This document shows positions 38,234 to 48,627 of a stretch of DNA of 57,222 bases, in pieces; the stretch's first letter is position 1; the number at the start of each line of letters is the position of its first letter. Origin of the DNA: Syntrophomonadaceae bacterium (GTDB lineage Bacteria > Bacillota > DSM-12270 > Thermacetogeniales > Thermacetogeniaceae); the NCBI GenBank assembly GCA_012839645.1, contig DUMY01000198.1:1-57222 (forward strand). Reading direction: 5' to 3'. The notes beneath the pieces are model-generated. The model did no database searches and was not told where the DNA came from. It saw nothing but the letters and a program-made list of their open reading frames with translations. Made by a program: the position numbers and the translations under genes.

Positions 38234-39208
38234 ATGTCCTATCATGATATAATAATATTGGACGAAATACACGGTGATCTGGCTTACGTAGAAAAAGAGC
38301 TTCATAAGTATGCCAGGGCTTCACCAACTATATTGGGTGAGTCATCGGAACGCCTGGTTCAAGCAGGAGGAAAGAGGCTGCGGCCTGCATTTGTGCTCCT
38401 ATCCGGGAAGTTCTTTAAATATGATCTACAGGCTATCGGTCAACTTGCTGTGGCCATCGAGCTCATCCACATGGCAACACTGGTACATGATGATGTTATC
38501 GACAGCGCTGCTACCCGTCGCGGGCTTCCAACTGTATGCGCCCAATGGGGGGACCCCATTGCACTTCAAACAGGAAGTTACCTTTTTGCCCAGGCCCTCA
38601 AAATTGTTGCCCAATATGGCAACCAGGATATTATTCGTGTACTTGCCGGTGTGAGCCTGGAAATGTGTGAAGGTGAAATTGAGCAGATCAATAATATTGG
38701 AAATACCGATATTGGGCTGCGGACCTACTTGCGACGAATTCAGCGTAAAACAGCACTGTTGATTTCTGCCTGCTGTGCAATCGGTGCTTTGGCCGGGGAT
38801 GCTCCCTCAGATCTTACTTGGCATTTAAAGAGATATGGTTATTATCTGGGAATGGCTTTTCAGATCACCGACGATATCCTTGACTTTACAGGTTCGGAGG
38901 AGGTCTTCGGCAAACCGGTAGGGAGTGATCTGAGACAGGGGATTATTACTATTCCGGTGATTTATACCCTAAAGGATCAGTTAAGAGGACCGCAGCTACA
39001 AACAATTATTGAAAAAGGGCATAAAAAGGAAAGTGATTGGGAGGATGCCTTTGCTTTGATCGAGGGTGCTGGAGCATTAAGGGCTTCACAAAGGTTGTGT
39101 GAGCGCTACCTCCAGAAGGCAAAGGAGGAACTCCTTTGTTTGCCGGATATACCGCCACGAAGAATCCTGGTAGCACTTGCCGATTTTATCGGAACCCGAA
39201 ACTACTAA
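38234..39208 (+). CDS. hepT: Polyprenyl (heptaprenyl) diphosphate synthase component II
   Basis: GGKRLRP, ELIHMATLVHDDVID, RRG, FQITDDILD, GKPVGSDL. Confidence 0.9.
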   Translation: MSYHDIIILDEIHGDLAYVEKELHKYARASPTILGESSERLVQAGGKRLRPAFVLLSGKFFKYDLQAIGQLAVAIELIHMATLVHDDVIDSAATRRGLPTVCAQWGDPIALQTGSYLFAQALKIVAQYGNQDIIRVLAGVSLEMCEGEIEQINNIGNTDIGLRTYLRRIQRKTALLISACCAIGALAGDAPSDLTWHLKRYGYYLGMAFQITDDILDFTGSEEVFGKPVGSDLRQGIITIPVIYTLKDQLRGPQLQTIIEKGHKKESDWEDAFALIEGAGALRASQRLCERYLQKAKEELLCLPDIPPRRILVALADFIGTRNY

Positions 39209-39230
39209 ACCACCTTTCAGGAGGACTATC

Positions 39231-40001
39231 ATGAAAAACAATGGTGCACCAGATAAAGATGAACGAGCAATGGGCATACTGCAGCACCTAGAGGAACTTA
39301 GAAAAGTAGTCATTATATCATTGATCGCTATTGCTGTTGCCAGCATCATTTCATTTGCTTTTATTGAACAGATTGTGGCTATTATCACCAAACCTCTGGC
39401 AGCACAGGGAATTAAACCTGTTTATACTGCTATAACTGAAGGTATTTTTACCTATTTTAAAATTGCACTGATCGCTGGTACGGTTATCGCTGCCCCAGTG
39501 TTGCTCTGGCAGGTGTGGCGCTTTATCGTGCCGGCACTTTACCCCCATGAAAGAAAATATTTATACAAAATCGTACCAGTTTCTATTATTCTTTTTGCAG
39601 TTGGAGTTGTTTTTGCCTACTATACTGTTTTTCCACTTGCGGTTTTTGTACTCATTAAACTGGCTAGTGAATTCGACCCCATGCTTACAATCAGCAAGTA
39701 TCTTTCCTTTACTTTGGCCTTTTTGATTCCATTTGGTCTTATTTTCGAACTTCCGTTGGTTGTTTACTTTCTTACCAATATTGGAGTGGTTACTCCGGAA
39801 TGGTTAATTCGCAACAGAAAGTATGCCATTGTAATTGTATTTATTCTTGCCGCTATACTAACACCCGGTCCTGATCCTATATCACAGTTGATTATGGCTG
39901 CACCCATGATAATTCTTTATGAAGCCGGTATCTTAGTAGCCAAGGTGGTTACAAAAAAAAAGAACGCAAAATTTAGAAAACTAGCGGGTGAAGAGAGTTA
40001 A
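39231..40001 (+). CDS. tatC: Twin-arginine translocase TatC
   Basis: HLEELRK, WRFIVPALYPHE, FELP, AAILTPGPDP, ILYE. Confidence 0.95.
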   Translation: MKNNGAPDKDERAMGILQHLEELRKVVIISLIAIAVASIISFAFIEQIVAIITKPLAAQGIKPVYTAITEGIFTYFKIALIAGTVIAAPVLLWQVWRFIVPALYPHERKYLYKIVPVSIILFAVGVVFAYYTVFPLAVFVLIKLASEFDPMLTISKYLSFTLAFLIPFGLIFELPLVVYFLTNIGVVTPEWLIRNRKYAIVIVFILAAILTPGPDPISQLIMAAPMIILYEAGILVAKVVTKKKNAKFRKLAGEES

Positions 40002-40026
40002 GTATTAAGATTTACAATGTGTAAGA

Positions 40027-40056
40027 GCAGGAATTTATTGAAGAATGGAGAAATAG
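40027..40056 (+). promoter_or_regulatory. Sigma-H-like promoter of the fdn operon
   Basis: GCAGGAATT-11 nt-GGAGAAA. Confidence 0.5.
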
Positions 40057-40188
40057 TATTTGGTGATATATAAATGTGGGTATGTTGAGGGGTATACTTG
40101 AGCTTTTTGTATGGGGGGGGGTGAAACTTGACGAAACAGGAGGGATATGTCTCATGATTAAATTAATTTAGAAGGAGTGAGGAACGCG

Positions 40189-43100
40189 GTGAAAGTAACA
40201 AGGCGCGAGTTCTTAAAGATCTCCGGCGCCGCGGTTGCTACCCTGCCGGTCCTCGGCTTTGATCTTACACCTGCAATGGCAAATGCGGGGGAATTCAGGA
40301 TTAAGAATATTGATCCTGTTCCTACGATATGTCCTTACTGTGGGTGTGGCTGCGGTCTGGTTGTATATACTGCAGATGGTAAGGTGATTAATACCGAGGG
40401 AGATCCCGATAACCCGATAAACCAGGGTTCTACATGCGCAAAGGGAGCATCAGTTTTTCAGCTCCACGATAATCCGCGGCGAATGCGCAAACCCCTTTAC
40501 CGGGCACCGTACAGTGACCATTGGGAGGAAAAAGAATGGGATTGGGTTTTTAAAGAGATTGCTAAAAGGGTCAAAAAGACCCGGGATGAGACATTTATCA
40601 CAACGGAAAAAGTTAAATCCAAAGATGAAGCTGGTGCCGAAAAAGAGATAGAGATACCAGTTAACAGAACAGATGCTATCGCTACCTTAGGGGGGGCGGC
40701 CCTAGATAATGAAGAATGTTATCTCTATTCTAAGCTAGGGCGCAGTCTTGGTCTTGTTTATATCGAGCACTGTGCACGCCTCTGACACGGCTCCACGGTT
40801 GCCGGTCTGGCACCATCGTTTGGTAGAGGTGTAATGACAAACCATTGGGTTGATTTGAGGAATACTGACTGCGCTCTGATTATGGGGAGCAATGCAGCGG
40901 AAAACCATCCCATGTCATTTAAATGGTTAATGGAAGCTAAAGAAACACGGGGGGCTAAAATTATTCACGTCGATCCACGCTTTTGTAGAACATCGGCGAG
41001 ATCTGATATTTACGCACCACTTCGCTCAGGAACAGATATAGCATTTGTTGGAGGTATGATCAATTACATAATTAATAATAACCTCTACTTCCACGATTAT
41101 GTAGTAAACTTCACCAATGCTCCCTTTTTAATTGATGAGGGTTTTGATTTTAATGATGGGCTTTTCAGCGGCTATGATCCAGAAAAGCGCAAATATGATC
41201 AGAGTACATGGAAGTATAAAACAGATGCCGAAGGAAACCCATTGAAGGATCCTACCTTGAAGAATCCACGCTGTGTTTTTCAATTGATGAAGAAACACTA
41301 TGAACGCTATGATGTGGATACTGTGTGTAAGACCACTGGGACACCGAAGGATCTCTTCCTCAAGGTGACGGAAGCCTATGGGGCAACAGGTGTTCCGGAT
41401 AAAACCGGTACGATCATGTATGCCATGGGTACCACCCAGCATTCGGTTGGTTCCGAGAATGTGAGAATTTTCGCTGTTCTCCAACTGTTGCTGGGCAATA
41501 TCGGGGTCCCCGGTGGTGGAGTCAACGCCATGCGCGGGGAGTCCAACGTACAGGGTGCCTGTGATATGGGCTTGCTTAATCATGTCTTGACGGGATATAT
41601 GGGTGCTCCAACAAATGATGCCGCATATGTGAATTTGGATGGGTACCTGAAAAAGGAAACTCCTAAAGCCGGATTTAAGGTAAACACCCCTAAGTGGCTC
41701 GTTAGCATGCTGAAGTCATATTTCGGTGATGCTGCAACTAAGGAAAATGATTTTTGTTATGATTATCTTCCCAAGCGGCGAGCTGATCGCAATTACACCC
41801 ATATAGGCTTATTTGAGGCCATGTATGAGGATATTGTCAAGGGTGTTTTTATTTTCGGTGCCAACCCCTATGTGAGTGGCCCGGATGCCAATAAAGAAAC
41901 AGCAGCAATGGGAAAACTGGATTGGATGGTAGCTGCGGATCTCTTCGAGACCGAAACAGCGGCCTTTTGGAAGAAGGAAGCAGGTAATGATCCCGAAAAA
42001 ATCAAAACAGAGGTATTTTTCCTACCTGCTGCTGCCTCCTATGAGAAGGCAGGGACCATTACCAACAGCGGGCGCTGGATCCAGTTTCGCTGGAAGGCAG
42101 TTGATCCTGTCGGCGATGCTATTGGCGATTTGGAGCTTTTCTACGAAATCGGCAAGCATATCCGAGAGCTGTATAAGGACAGCACTGATCCGAAGGATAA
42201 GCCGATCCAGGAACTGACATGGGACTATACGGAACACGATGATGAAAAACTACTGGATGAGGTTCAGAGGGAGATCAATGGTTATGATCTCACTACTGGA
42301 AAGCTGATGGAGAAATTTGCGGATCTGAAAGATGATGGTACCACATCCTGTGGTGTCTGGATCTACTCGGGTATGTACACAGAAGAGGGCAATAAGACGC
42401 AGTGGCGTGATACCGAGGATCCGTCAAAAATCGGTATGTATCCCAAATGGTCATTTGCTTGGCCTGCCAACAGACGAATTGTGTACAATAGGTGTTCTGC
42501 AGATGCGGCAGGAAAACCATGGTCAGATGACAAAAAGGTCATTTGGTGGGAAAATGGCGAGTGGGCAAGTATTGATGTGCCTGACTTTATCGTTAAAAAC
42601 GCACCTACAGATCCCGATGGTGATAAAGCCTTTATTATGAAGGATGACGGTAAAGGCGGTTTGTTTGCTCCCATGGCTGACGGTCCATTCCCAGAACACT
42701 ATGAGCCTTGGGAAAGCCCGGTAGAGAATCTTCTATCTTCGGTTAATTTCAACCCAGCAGCAAAGGTCTGGGATACTCCTATGAACCCCCAGGGGAAAGC
42801 TGACAAGTATCCGATCATTGGAACTACTTACCGGGTTGTGGAGCACTGGCAGGCGGGGATTATGACGCGTAACACTCCCTGGCTGGCAGAGCTGATGCCC
42901 AATGTCTTTGTGGAGATCAGCAAGGAACTGGCGGCTGAGAAGGGAATTGCTAATGGCGATCTTGTTACAATTGAGTCCGCCCGGGGCAATATCCAGGCCG
43001 TTGCCTGTGTGACCCCTCGTTTCAAGCCGTTCAAGATTAACGGCGAAATGTACCACGAGATTGGAGTCCTGTGGCATTACGGGTTCCAGGGCGTGGCCAA

Positions 43101-43203
43101 GGGTGACCCGGCCAACCGCCTGACACCCCATATCGGTTGTGCCAACTCCCATACACCGGAGTACAAGGCATTCTTGTGTGATATCCACAGGGGGGTGAAG
43201 TAA
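40189..43203 (+). CDS. fdnG: Tat-exported selenocysteine formate dehydrogenase alpha subunit (about 1004 aa, Sec at TGA 40783-40785)
   Basis: TRREFLK Tat motif, CPYCGCGC..C Fe-S motif; ORFs 40177 and 40834 are one frame joined by [44 protein letters not shown]. Confidence 0.95.
40783..40814 (+). promoter_or_regulatory. Bacterial SECIS element
   Basis: TGA-11 nt-GGTTGCC GGTCT GGCACC, same spacing and GGUC loop as the E. coli fdhF type. Confidence 0.85.
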
Positions 43204-44004
43204 TTGGCTAATAAAGGTTATTTGGTAGATACCAGCAAGTGTATTGGCTGTCGCGGCTGTGTTGTTGCCTGTAAGCAGTGGAACCAGCTGCCAGCTGAAA
43301 AAACTAGATTTCAAGGTACCTACCAGACAGTTCCGGACCTGACGGGCAATACCTTGACAATGATCTCCTTTCATGAATATGAGGAGAATGGGAAGATGGA
43401 GTGGTATTTTACCAAACGTCAGTGTATGCACTGCCTGGAACCGGCTTGCATGAAGGTATGCCCGCAGAAGGCTATATCTGTTAATGAAAATGGTGCTGTT
43501 GTAAGGGACTATGATAAGTGTATCGGCTGCCAGTATTGTGCCGCTGCTTGTCCCTTTAACGTACCACGCTATAACAAAGAAACCGATAAAGAGACCAAAT
43601 GCTCTCTTTGTACTGAACGGACTGCTGAAGGGGAACTGCCTGCCTGTGTGAAGGCATGCATCACCGGGGCTCTCCAGTATGGGGATCGTGATGAACTCCT
43701 TGGGGTAGCAAAGAAGCGTGTTGGTGAGCTGAGGGCAGAATACCCTAAAGCCAATGTTTATGGTGAAAAGGAGGCAGGGGGTACTAATATCCTTTATGTT
43801 CTGGCTGACGAACCTGAAAAATACGGGTTTGAAAGCGATCCCAAGGTCTCCACTGCCATCTACGCCTGGCAGGACATTATCAAACCCTATTTTCCATGGT
43901 TGATCGCCCTCACCGGGGCTGTATCAGTATTCAGCTTTTTCTCTACCCGCTTGCTGGGTGTAGGAAAAGAAGAAGCTCATGAGGGGGAGAGTATCGATGG
44001 CTGA
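43204..44004 (+). CDS. fdnH: Formate dehydrogenase beta (4x[4Fe-4S]) with C-terminal membrane anchor
   Basis: CIGCRGCVVAC, CMHCLEPAC..VCP, CIGCQYCAAACP, CSLC...PACVKAC. Confidence 0.93.
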   Translation: MANKGYLVDTSKCIGCRGCVVACKQWNQLPAEKTRFQGTYQTVPDLTGNTLTMISFHEYEENGKMEWYFTKRQCMHCLEPACMKVCPQKAISVNENGAVVRDYDKCIGCQYCAAACPFNVPRYNKETDKETKCSLCTERTAEGELPACVKACITGALQYGDRDELLGVAKKRVGELRAEYPKANVYGEKEAGGTNILYVLADEPEKYGFESDPKVSTAIYAWQDIIKPYFPWLIALTGAVSVFSFFSTRLLGVGKEEAHEGESIDG

Positions 44005-44653
44005 GGAAAAAAGAGTTGTTAAGTGTAGTTTAGGAGCGCGTATCACACACTGGTCCCATACAATCTGCTGGTTTATCCTGTTATTTTCAGGATTGATCAT
44101 GTTCAGCGATTGGTTTGGATGGTTGACACCGGTCTTCGGTGGGGCCAATGGAGCCAATTTATTTCACAGAATTTTCGCAGTAGCTTTCGCTGCAGTTCCC
44201 TTGTTCGGTCTCCTTTATAAACCCGAGAGTTTTGCTGGTTGGATGAAGGAGGCTGCCACGTGGGGCAAGGATGAGATTAAGTTTATGATGATGTTTCCCT
44301 TTGACTTAATTGGCTTAAAGGTATATATGCCGCCCCAGGATAGGGTTAATGCTGGGCAGAAATTCAACTCCTTCTTCTTTCCTATTATCGGTTTATTAAT
44401 CGGATTGAGTGGGGTTGTGATGTGGTTTGCACATGCTTTTCCCATGTGGATGGTTCGCTTAGCTTATCCCACCCATAATATCTGTTGGATTCTGGGTACG
44501 ATGCAGCTTATGTTCCATGCCTACTTGGGTTCACTCCATCCCGGGTCCGGAGAGTCTTTTTGGGCTATGTTCGGGGACGGGACGGTCAGGGCAAGTTGGG
44601 CAAAACACCATCATACAAAATGGTATAATGAAACCTACGGTGATGATGCATAA
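43997..44653 (+). CDS. fdnI: Formate dehydrogenase gamma, cytochrome b subunit
   Basis: Four TM helices, His ligands (RITHW, FHRI, PTHN, FHAY), NAGQK, WAKHHH. Confidence 0.9.
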   Translation: MAEEKRVVKCSLGARITHWSHTICWFILLFSGLIMFSDWFGWLTPVFGGANGANLFHRIFAVAFAAVPLFGLLYKPESFAGWMKEAATWGKDEIKFMMMFPFDLIGLKVYMPPQDRVNAGQKFNSFFFPIIGLLIGLSGVVMWFAHAFPMWMVRLAYPTHNICWILGTMQLMFHAYLGSLHPGSGESFWAMFGDGTVRASWAKHHHTKWYNETYGDDA

Positions 44654-44674
44654 GCATAAAGTAAAATGAAATAG

Positions 44675-44707
44675 AGAGGGGGTTCACGTGGGGACCCCCT
44701 CTTTTTT
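44675..44707 (+). terminator. Rho-independent terminator after fdnI
   Basis: AGAGGGGGT/ACCCCCTCT stem plus T-tract. Confidence 0.75.
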
Positions 44708-44738
44708 CTATCATAATTCGATTATTGGGGGGAGAAAG

Positions 44739-45554
44739 TTGTCAGATATTGATTCTGTTGTTGCGGAAGCCCTGCAGTTGTTTACTGACCTACAGGACCT
44801 GAAAAAGGTTTACTCCCAAAAAGTTATGCGGCTGGAACACTCATTTTCAGAGGAGGATTGGAAAGAGCATAGAAAAAACGGGTTGTTTTTATTTAAATAT
44901 GATCGGCCGGTTTTTAACAAGGATCTTTTTCTACAGTTGATCAGAGATGTCTGTAATTGTATAAAACGAAACCGGCCAGAAATAAAGGAGCAGATAAAGA
45001 GTATCAGTAAATTTTTTGACGGGGTCACTGATGATTTTTTTGAAGATTTTCTGCTGGATGGACACAAGGTCTCACCTTCACCATTATCATTTTCTCCGGA
45101 AGAACAGAACCTGCTCAATTTTGTTGTTCGGCAGGCTTTGTATCCGTTTCTAGAAAAGTATGTTTCTCTTTTGCCTCAGGAAGTGGGAGATGATGGGTGG
45201 CAGCGTAATTACTGCCCCGTCTGTGGTGAAAAGGCCAATCTTTCTTATTTACGACAGGAAGATGGTAAACGGTATCTAATATGCCCCTTTTGTGGACAAG
45301 AGTGGCTTTATCGTTACCTGGCTTGTTCTTGGTGCGGTAATGAGGATCATAAAAGCATTAGATATTTCGAAGTGGCTGAATTGCCCGGGTATGAGGTATA
45401 CCTCTGTGAGCAGTGCCACGGCTATTTAAAGACGTTTAATGCAAAGAAGGCTGTAAGTCATGAAGATTGGGTGCTGGAAGATGTCAAAACAATTGCCCTT
45501 GATCTTCTTGCACAACAAGAAGGGTACACAGGACCAGGCAAAAGGATTATGTGA
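44739..45554 (+). CDS. fdhE: Formate dehydrogenase maturation protein FdhE
   Basis: CPVCG, RYLICPFC, CSWCGN, CEQCHGYLK, LDLLA..EGY; TTG44739 after SD GGGGGAG. Confidence 0.9.
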   Translation: MSDIDSVVAEALQLFTDLQDLKKVYSQKVMRLEHSFSEEDWKEHRKNGLFLFKYDRPVFNKDLFLQLIRDVCNCIKRNRPEIKEQIKSISKFFDGVTDDFFEDFLLDGHKVSPSPLSFSPEEQNLLNFVVRQALYPFLEKYVSLLPQEVGDDGWQRNYCPVCGEKANLSYLRQEDGKRYLICPFCGQEWLYRYLACSWCGNEDHKSIRYFEVAELPGYEVYLCEQCHGYLKTFNAKKAVSHEDWVLEDVKTIALDLLAQQEGYTGPGKRIM

Positions 45555-45600
45555 TTATGCAGCAGGCTGCTGCCTGTTTTATTGAAGGGGAAATTTATAG

Positions 45601-46242
45601 ATGAGCTATTTTTATCCGGCTGTTTTTAAGCTTCAGGGAAGATGCTGCCTGGTGGTTGGCGGTGGTACTGTTGCTGCCAGGAAGGCTGCAAGCCTGATAG
45701 AATGTGGGGCTGATGTGCGTCTAGTCAGCCCCCATTTAACAGAAGAGTTGGAACGAGAAGTTGAAAGGGGAAAAATAAATTATATAAAACGCGGGTTCGA
45801 GAAAGTTGATCTAGAAGGTGTCTACATGGTAATCTGTGCAACAGATAATGCAGAATTGAATAGGAAGATATCTGAATACTGTGAAGCACTTCATATCCCG
45901 GTTAATGTGGTGGATAACCCTGAGTTAAGCAGCTTTTATGTCCCTTCTGTTATCCAAAGAGGTCCTTTATCTATCAGTATTACTACAGGGGGTAACAGCC
46001 CCTTGTTTGCTAGAAGACTTAGAGAAGAATTAGAAGAGGAGATTAGCCAGGAATATGGTGAATTGGTGATGTTACTTGGCCAGATGCGCTGCATTGTCCA
46101 AGAACAGATACATGATCCTTCTCGACGCCGCAAAGCCCTAGAAGATATCCTACCACCGGGTAGTTTGGCTGATCTGGATGAGGAAAAGATGGAGTCACTC
46201 AGGAGGCGGGTGAAAGAATGCATCTCATCGCTCTTGGAATGA
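45601..46242 (+). CDS. sirC: Precorrin-2 dehydrogenase/sirohydrochlorin ferrochelatase (SirC/Met8)
   Basis: LVVGGGTVAARK, ATDN, VNVVD.P, ISITTGG.SP. Confidence 0.9.
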   Translation: MSYFYPAVFKLQGRCCLVVGGGTVAARKAASLIECGADVRLVSPHLTEELEREVERGKINYIKRGFEKVDLEGVYMVICATDNAELNRKISEYCEALHIPVNVVDNPELSSFYVPSVIQRGPLSISITTGGNSPLFARRLREELEEEISQEYGELVMLLGQMRCIVQEQIHDPSRRRKALEDILPPGSLADLDEEKMESLRRRVKECISSLLE

Positions 46243-47522
46243 ATCATCGTACAGCACCGGTGATGATCCGGGAGAGGTTGGCGTTCAGCAGCAGCACCAT
46301 GAAGTCTGTTGTTAAAGAACTAAAGAGATTTTCTTCTGTTAACGGTTTTATTGTGCTTACCACCTGTAACCGTACAGAGATTTATGCCAGTGTTCACCGG
46401 GTGCAGGAAGGCATCTGTGATCTGAAAAGGTATCTTTGTCAACAGGCACAGTTATCAGAAACAGAGGTGTCTCGTTATTTTCATATTTGGACCTGTGAGC
46501 GTGTTGTTGAACATCTCTTTCGGGTGACAGCTGGGTTAGATTCCATGATCCTTGGTGAAACTGAGATCCAGGGCCAGGTAAATGATGCCTATCAGTATGC
46601 CTGTTCCATGAATACAGGCGACAAAATTCTTAATACCCTATTTCAGGAGGCTATTAGATTTGGAAAACAAATTCGCAGCCAGACTGGCATTGACCAGCAT
46701 CCGGTGTCGGTAAGTTACGCTGCTGTGGAATTGGCACGCTCTGTATTTGGGGATCTCAGTGAGTGCACGGTTTTAATCATTGGGGCAGGTGAGATGGGGG
46801 AACTGGCCTTAAAGTACCTTATCGCACGCGGTGTGAAGACAATTCTGGTTTCCAACCGCTCCTATGATCGAGCCTGCCATCTTGCAGAGGAATACGGCGG
46901 AGAGGCTATTCGCTATGATCACTTTTTAACACGGTTGGAAAACACTGATATTGTTATCGGTTGTACAGCTGCTGCTCACTTTGTGATCCATGCTGAACAG
47001 CTGTGCCAGGTTGTCAAAGGGAGGAAGAGTCCGCTGTTTTTAATAGATATTGCGGTTCCCAGGGATGTCGACCCAGATGTAAAAGAGATTCCCGGTGTTA
47101 TACTTTATAATATCGATGACCTGCAAGAAGTGATCCTTGAAGGCATGCAGGAGCGCAAGAAAGCATCTATAAAAGCTGAGGAGATGCTTCAAGATGCTGT
47201 GGATGAATTTCTAAACTGGTCCAGTACTCTAACGGTTGTTCCGACGATCAAGGCTCTCAAACAAAAAGGGAACGAGATTATGGAGGAAGAATTAAATCGC
47301 TGCTTTAACCGCTTAGGAGGAGCAGATCCCAGGACGGAAAAAGTGATCAGGAGCATGGCTTATTCCATTGTCAACAAATTGCTTCATTCGCCTACAGTGC
47401 GTTTAAAGGAATATGCCTGTGGTGGAGATGGACAACTTTATGGAAAGATGCTGGAAGACCTATTTGATCTGTCACATCTGCACCACGATGCCAGGCAGTT
47501 GGGAGAACATAGGAGCCAATGA
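46218..47522 (+). CDS. hemA: Glutamyl-tRNA reductase
   Basis: NHRTAPV..RE, TCNRTE, GLDSMILGE.EI.GQ, GAGEMG, DIAVPRD. Confidence 0.96.
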   Translation: MHLIALGMNHRTAPVMIRERLAFSSSTMKSVVKELKRFSSVNGFIVLTTCNRTEIYASVHRVQEGICDLKRYLCQQAQLSETEVSRYFHIWTCERVVEHLFRVTAGLDSMILGETEIQGQVNDAYQYACSMNTGDKILNTLFQEAIRFGKQIRSQTGIDQHPVSVSYAAVELARSVFGDLSECTVLIIGAGEMGELALKYLIARGVKTILVSNRSYDRACHLAEEYGGEAIRYDHFLTRLENTDIVIGCTAAAHFVIHAEQLCQVVKGRKSPLFLIDIAVPRDVDPDVKEIPGVILYNIDDLQEVILEGMQERKKASIKAEEMLQDAVDEFLNWSSTLTVVPTIKALKQKGNEIMEEELNRCFNRLGGADPRTEKVIRSMAYSIVNKLLHSPTVRLKEYACGGDGQLYGKMLEDLFDLSHLHHDARQLGEHRSQ

Positions 47523-47604
47523 TGCTCTGGGGAAGGTCCTGGCTGTATATCTTTTCGGCATTTCCGGTATCAGCCTCTATTTTGGGGACATACTCCTTAA
47601 ATAA
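47505..47604 (+). pseudogene. Possible remnant of a CcsA/HemX cytochrome-c-assembly gene
   Basis: IGANDA, frameshift, WGRSW resembles the CcsA 'GA.WA..AWG..W' motif; position between hemA and hemC is the usual hemX slot. Confidence 0.35.
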
Positions 47605-47641
47605 CACTCAGAGAAGAGAGCTGAAGTTAGGCAATTTTGGA

Positions 47642-47668
47642 GGTGACAGAGAACTGTCCCCTGTCACC
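47642..47668. repeat. GGTGACAG...CTGTCACC palindrome
   Basis: GGTGACAGAGAACTGTCCCCTGTCACC. Confidence 0.55.
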
Positions 47669-47697
47669 GATCTATTTCCAAGGTGGGGTGAGTTAGG

Positions 47698-48627
47698 ATG
47701 AGAAGTAAACTACGTGCCGGGACCAGGGGAAGCAAATTGGCACGTCGGCAAACAGCTCTAATCATAAAGCAGATATTAGACAAATACACAGAACTTGAGA
47801 TTGAAGAGGTTGTTATCTCTACGAAAGGTGACAAAGATAGAAGATCCTTTAAGGATTTGGTGACCGGGGGAGAAACAGGCTTATTTACAAAAGAACTGGA
47901 AAAGGCACTGTTGAGTGATGAGATAGACTTTGCAGTGCACAGCCTCAAGGATCTTCCGGTAGAATTGCCACCTGGGCTGGTTCTTGGGGCAGTGCCTAAA
48001 CGCGGACTGCCCTATGATGCTTTGGTGACGAGAGATAATTGTTCATTAAAGGAGCTTTCCCCGGGTTCTCTGCTTGGTACCAGCAGTTTACGTCGTGCCT
48101 CTCAGCTCCGGCATTATTTTCCCCATCTAAGAGTTGTGGACATCCGCGGCAACCTGGATACCCGTCTGCGAAAACTAGCCGGTGGTAATGTAGATGCAGT
48201 GATTCTGGCTGCAGCAGGATTAATGCGCCTTGGGTATCGGGAAAATGAGGATTTTTCCTTGATTCCTCCGGAAATCTGTCTCCCGGCACCCGGTCAGGGG
48301 GCTCTTGCACTGGAAATACGTGAGGATGATGGTTTTATGCGAGATATCTGTACAACTGCTCTTGACGATTACAGGACACGCCAGACGGTTTATGCCGAGC
48401 GAGCGTTACTCCAGCTTCTGGGAGGAGGGTGCCAGATACCCTTAGGTGCCTTTGCACAGGTGGAGGGGGATACTCTTACACTGCAGGGAGCGGTTGCTGC
48501 ACCTGATGGCAGTCAGGTGATCAGGTCGGAAACAACCTGCCATGTACAAAGTCCCCAGGAGGCCAGTTACCATATAGCAGAAGAATTAATAGAGAAAGGC
48601 GCAAAGGAGATACTTACCTGTGAATAA
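47698..48627 (+). CDS. hemC: Hydroxymethylbilane synthase
   Basis: GTRGSKLA, GLFTKELE, AVHSLKD, GTSSLRR, RGNLDTRL, GGGCQIP. Confidence 0.96.
   Translation: MRSKLRAGTRGSKLARRQTALIIKQILDKYTELEIEEVVISTKGDKDRRSFKDLVTGGETGLFTKELEKALLSDEIDFAVHSLKDLPVELPPGLVLGAVPKRGLPYDALVTRDNCSLKELSPGSLLGTSSLRRASQLRHYFPHLRVVDIRGNLDTRLRKLAGGNVDAVILAAAGLMRLGYRENEDFSLIPPEICLPAPGQGALALEIREDDGFMRDICTTALDDYRTRQTVYAERALLQLLGGGCQIPLGAFAQVEGDTLTLQGAVAAPDGSQVIRSETTCHVQSPQEASYHIAEELIEKGAKEILTCE

Noticed and set aside
40177-43203. Two separate FDH genes or a nonsense pseudogene
   Set aside because: The stop is at the Sec position with a SECIS and the frame is continuous
42733-43431. Long antisense ORFs (232 aa here; also 10246-10872 and others)
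   Set aside because: Opposite well-conserved genes, with no SD or recognisable motifs
47413-47701. ORFs 47413-47604 and 47519-47701 as real small proteins
   Set aside because: No family motif or clear SD; better explained as remnant sequence
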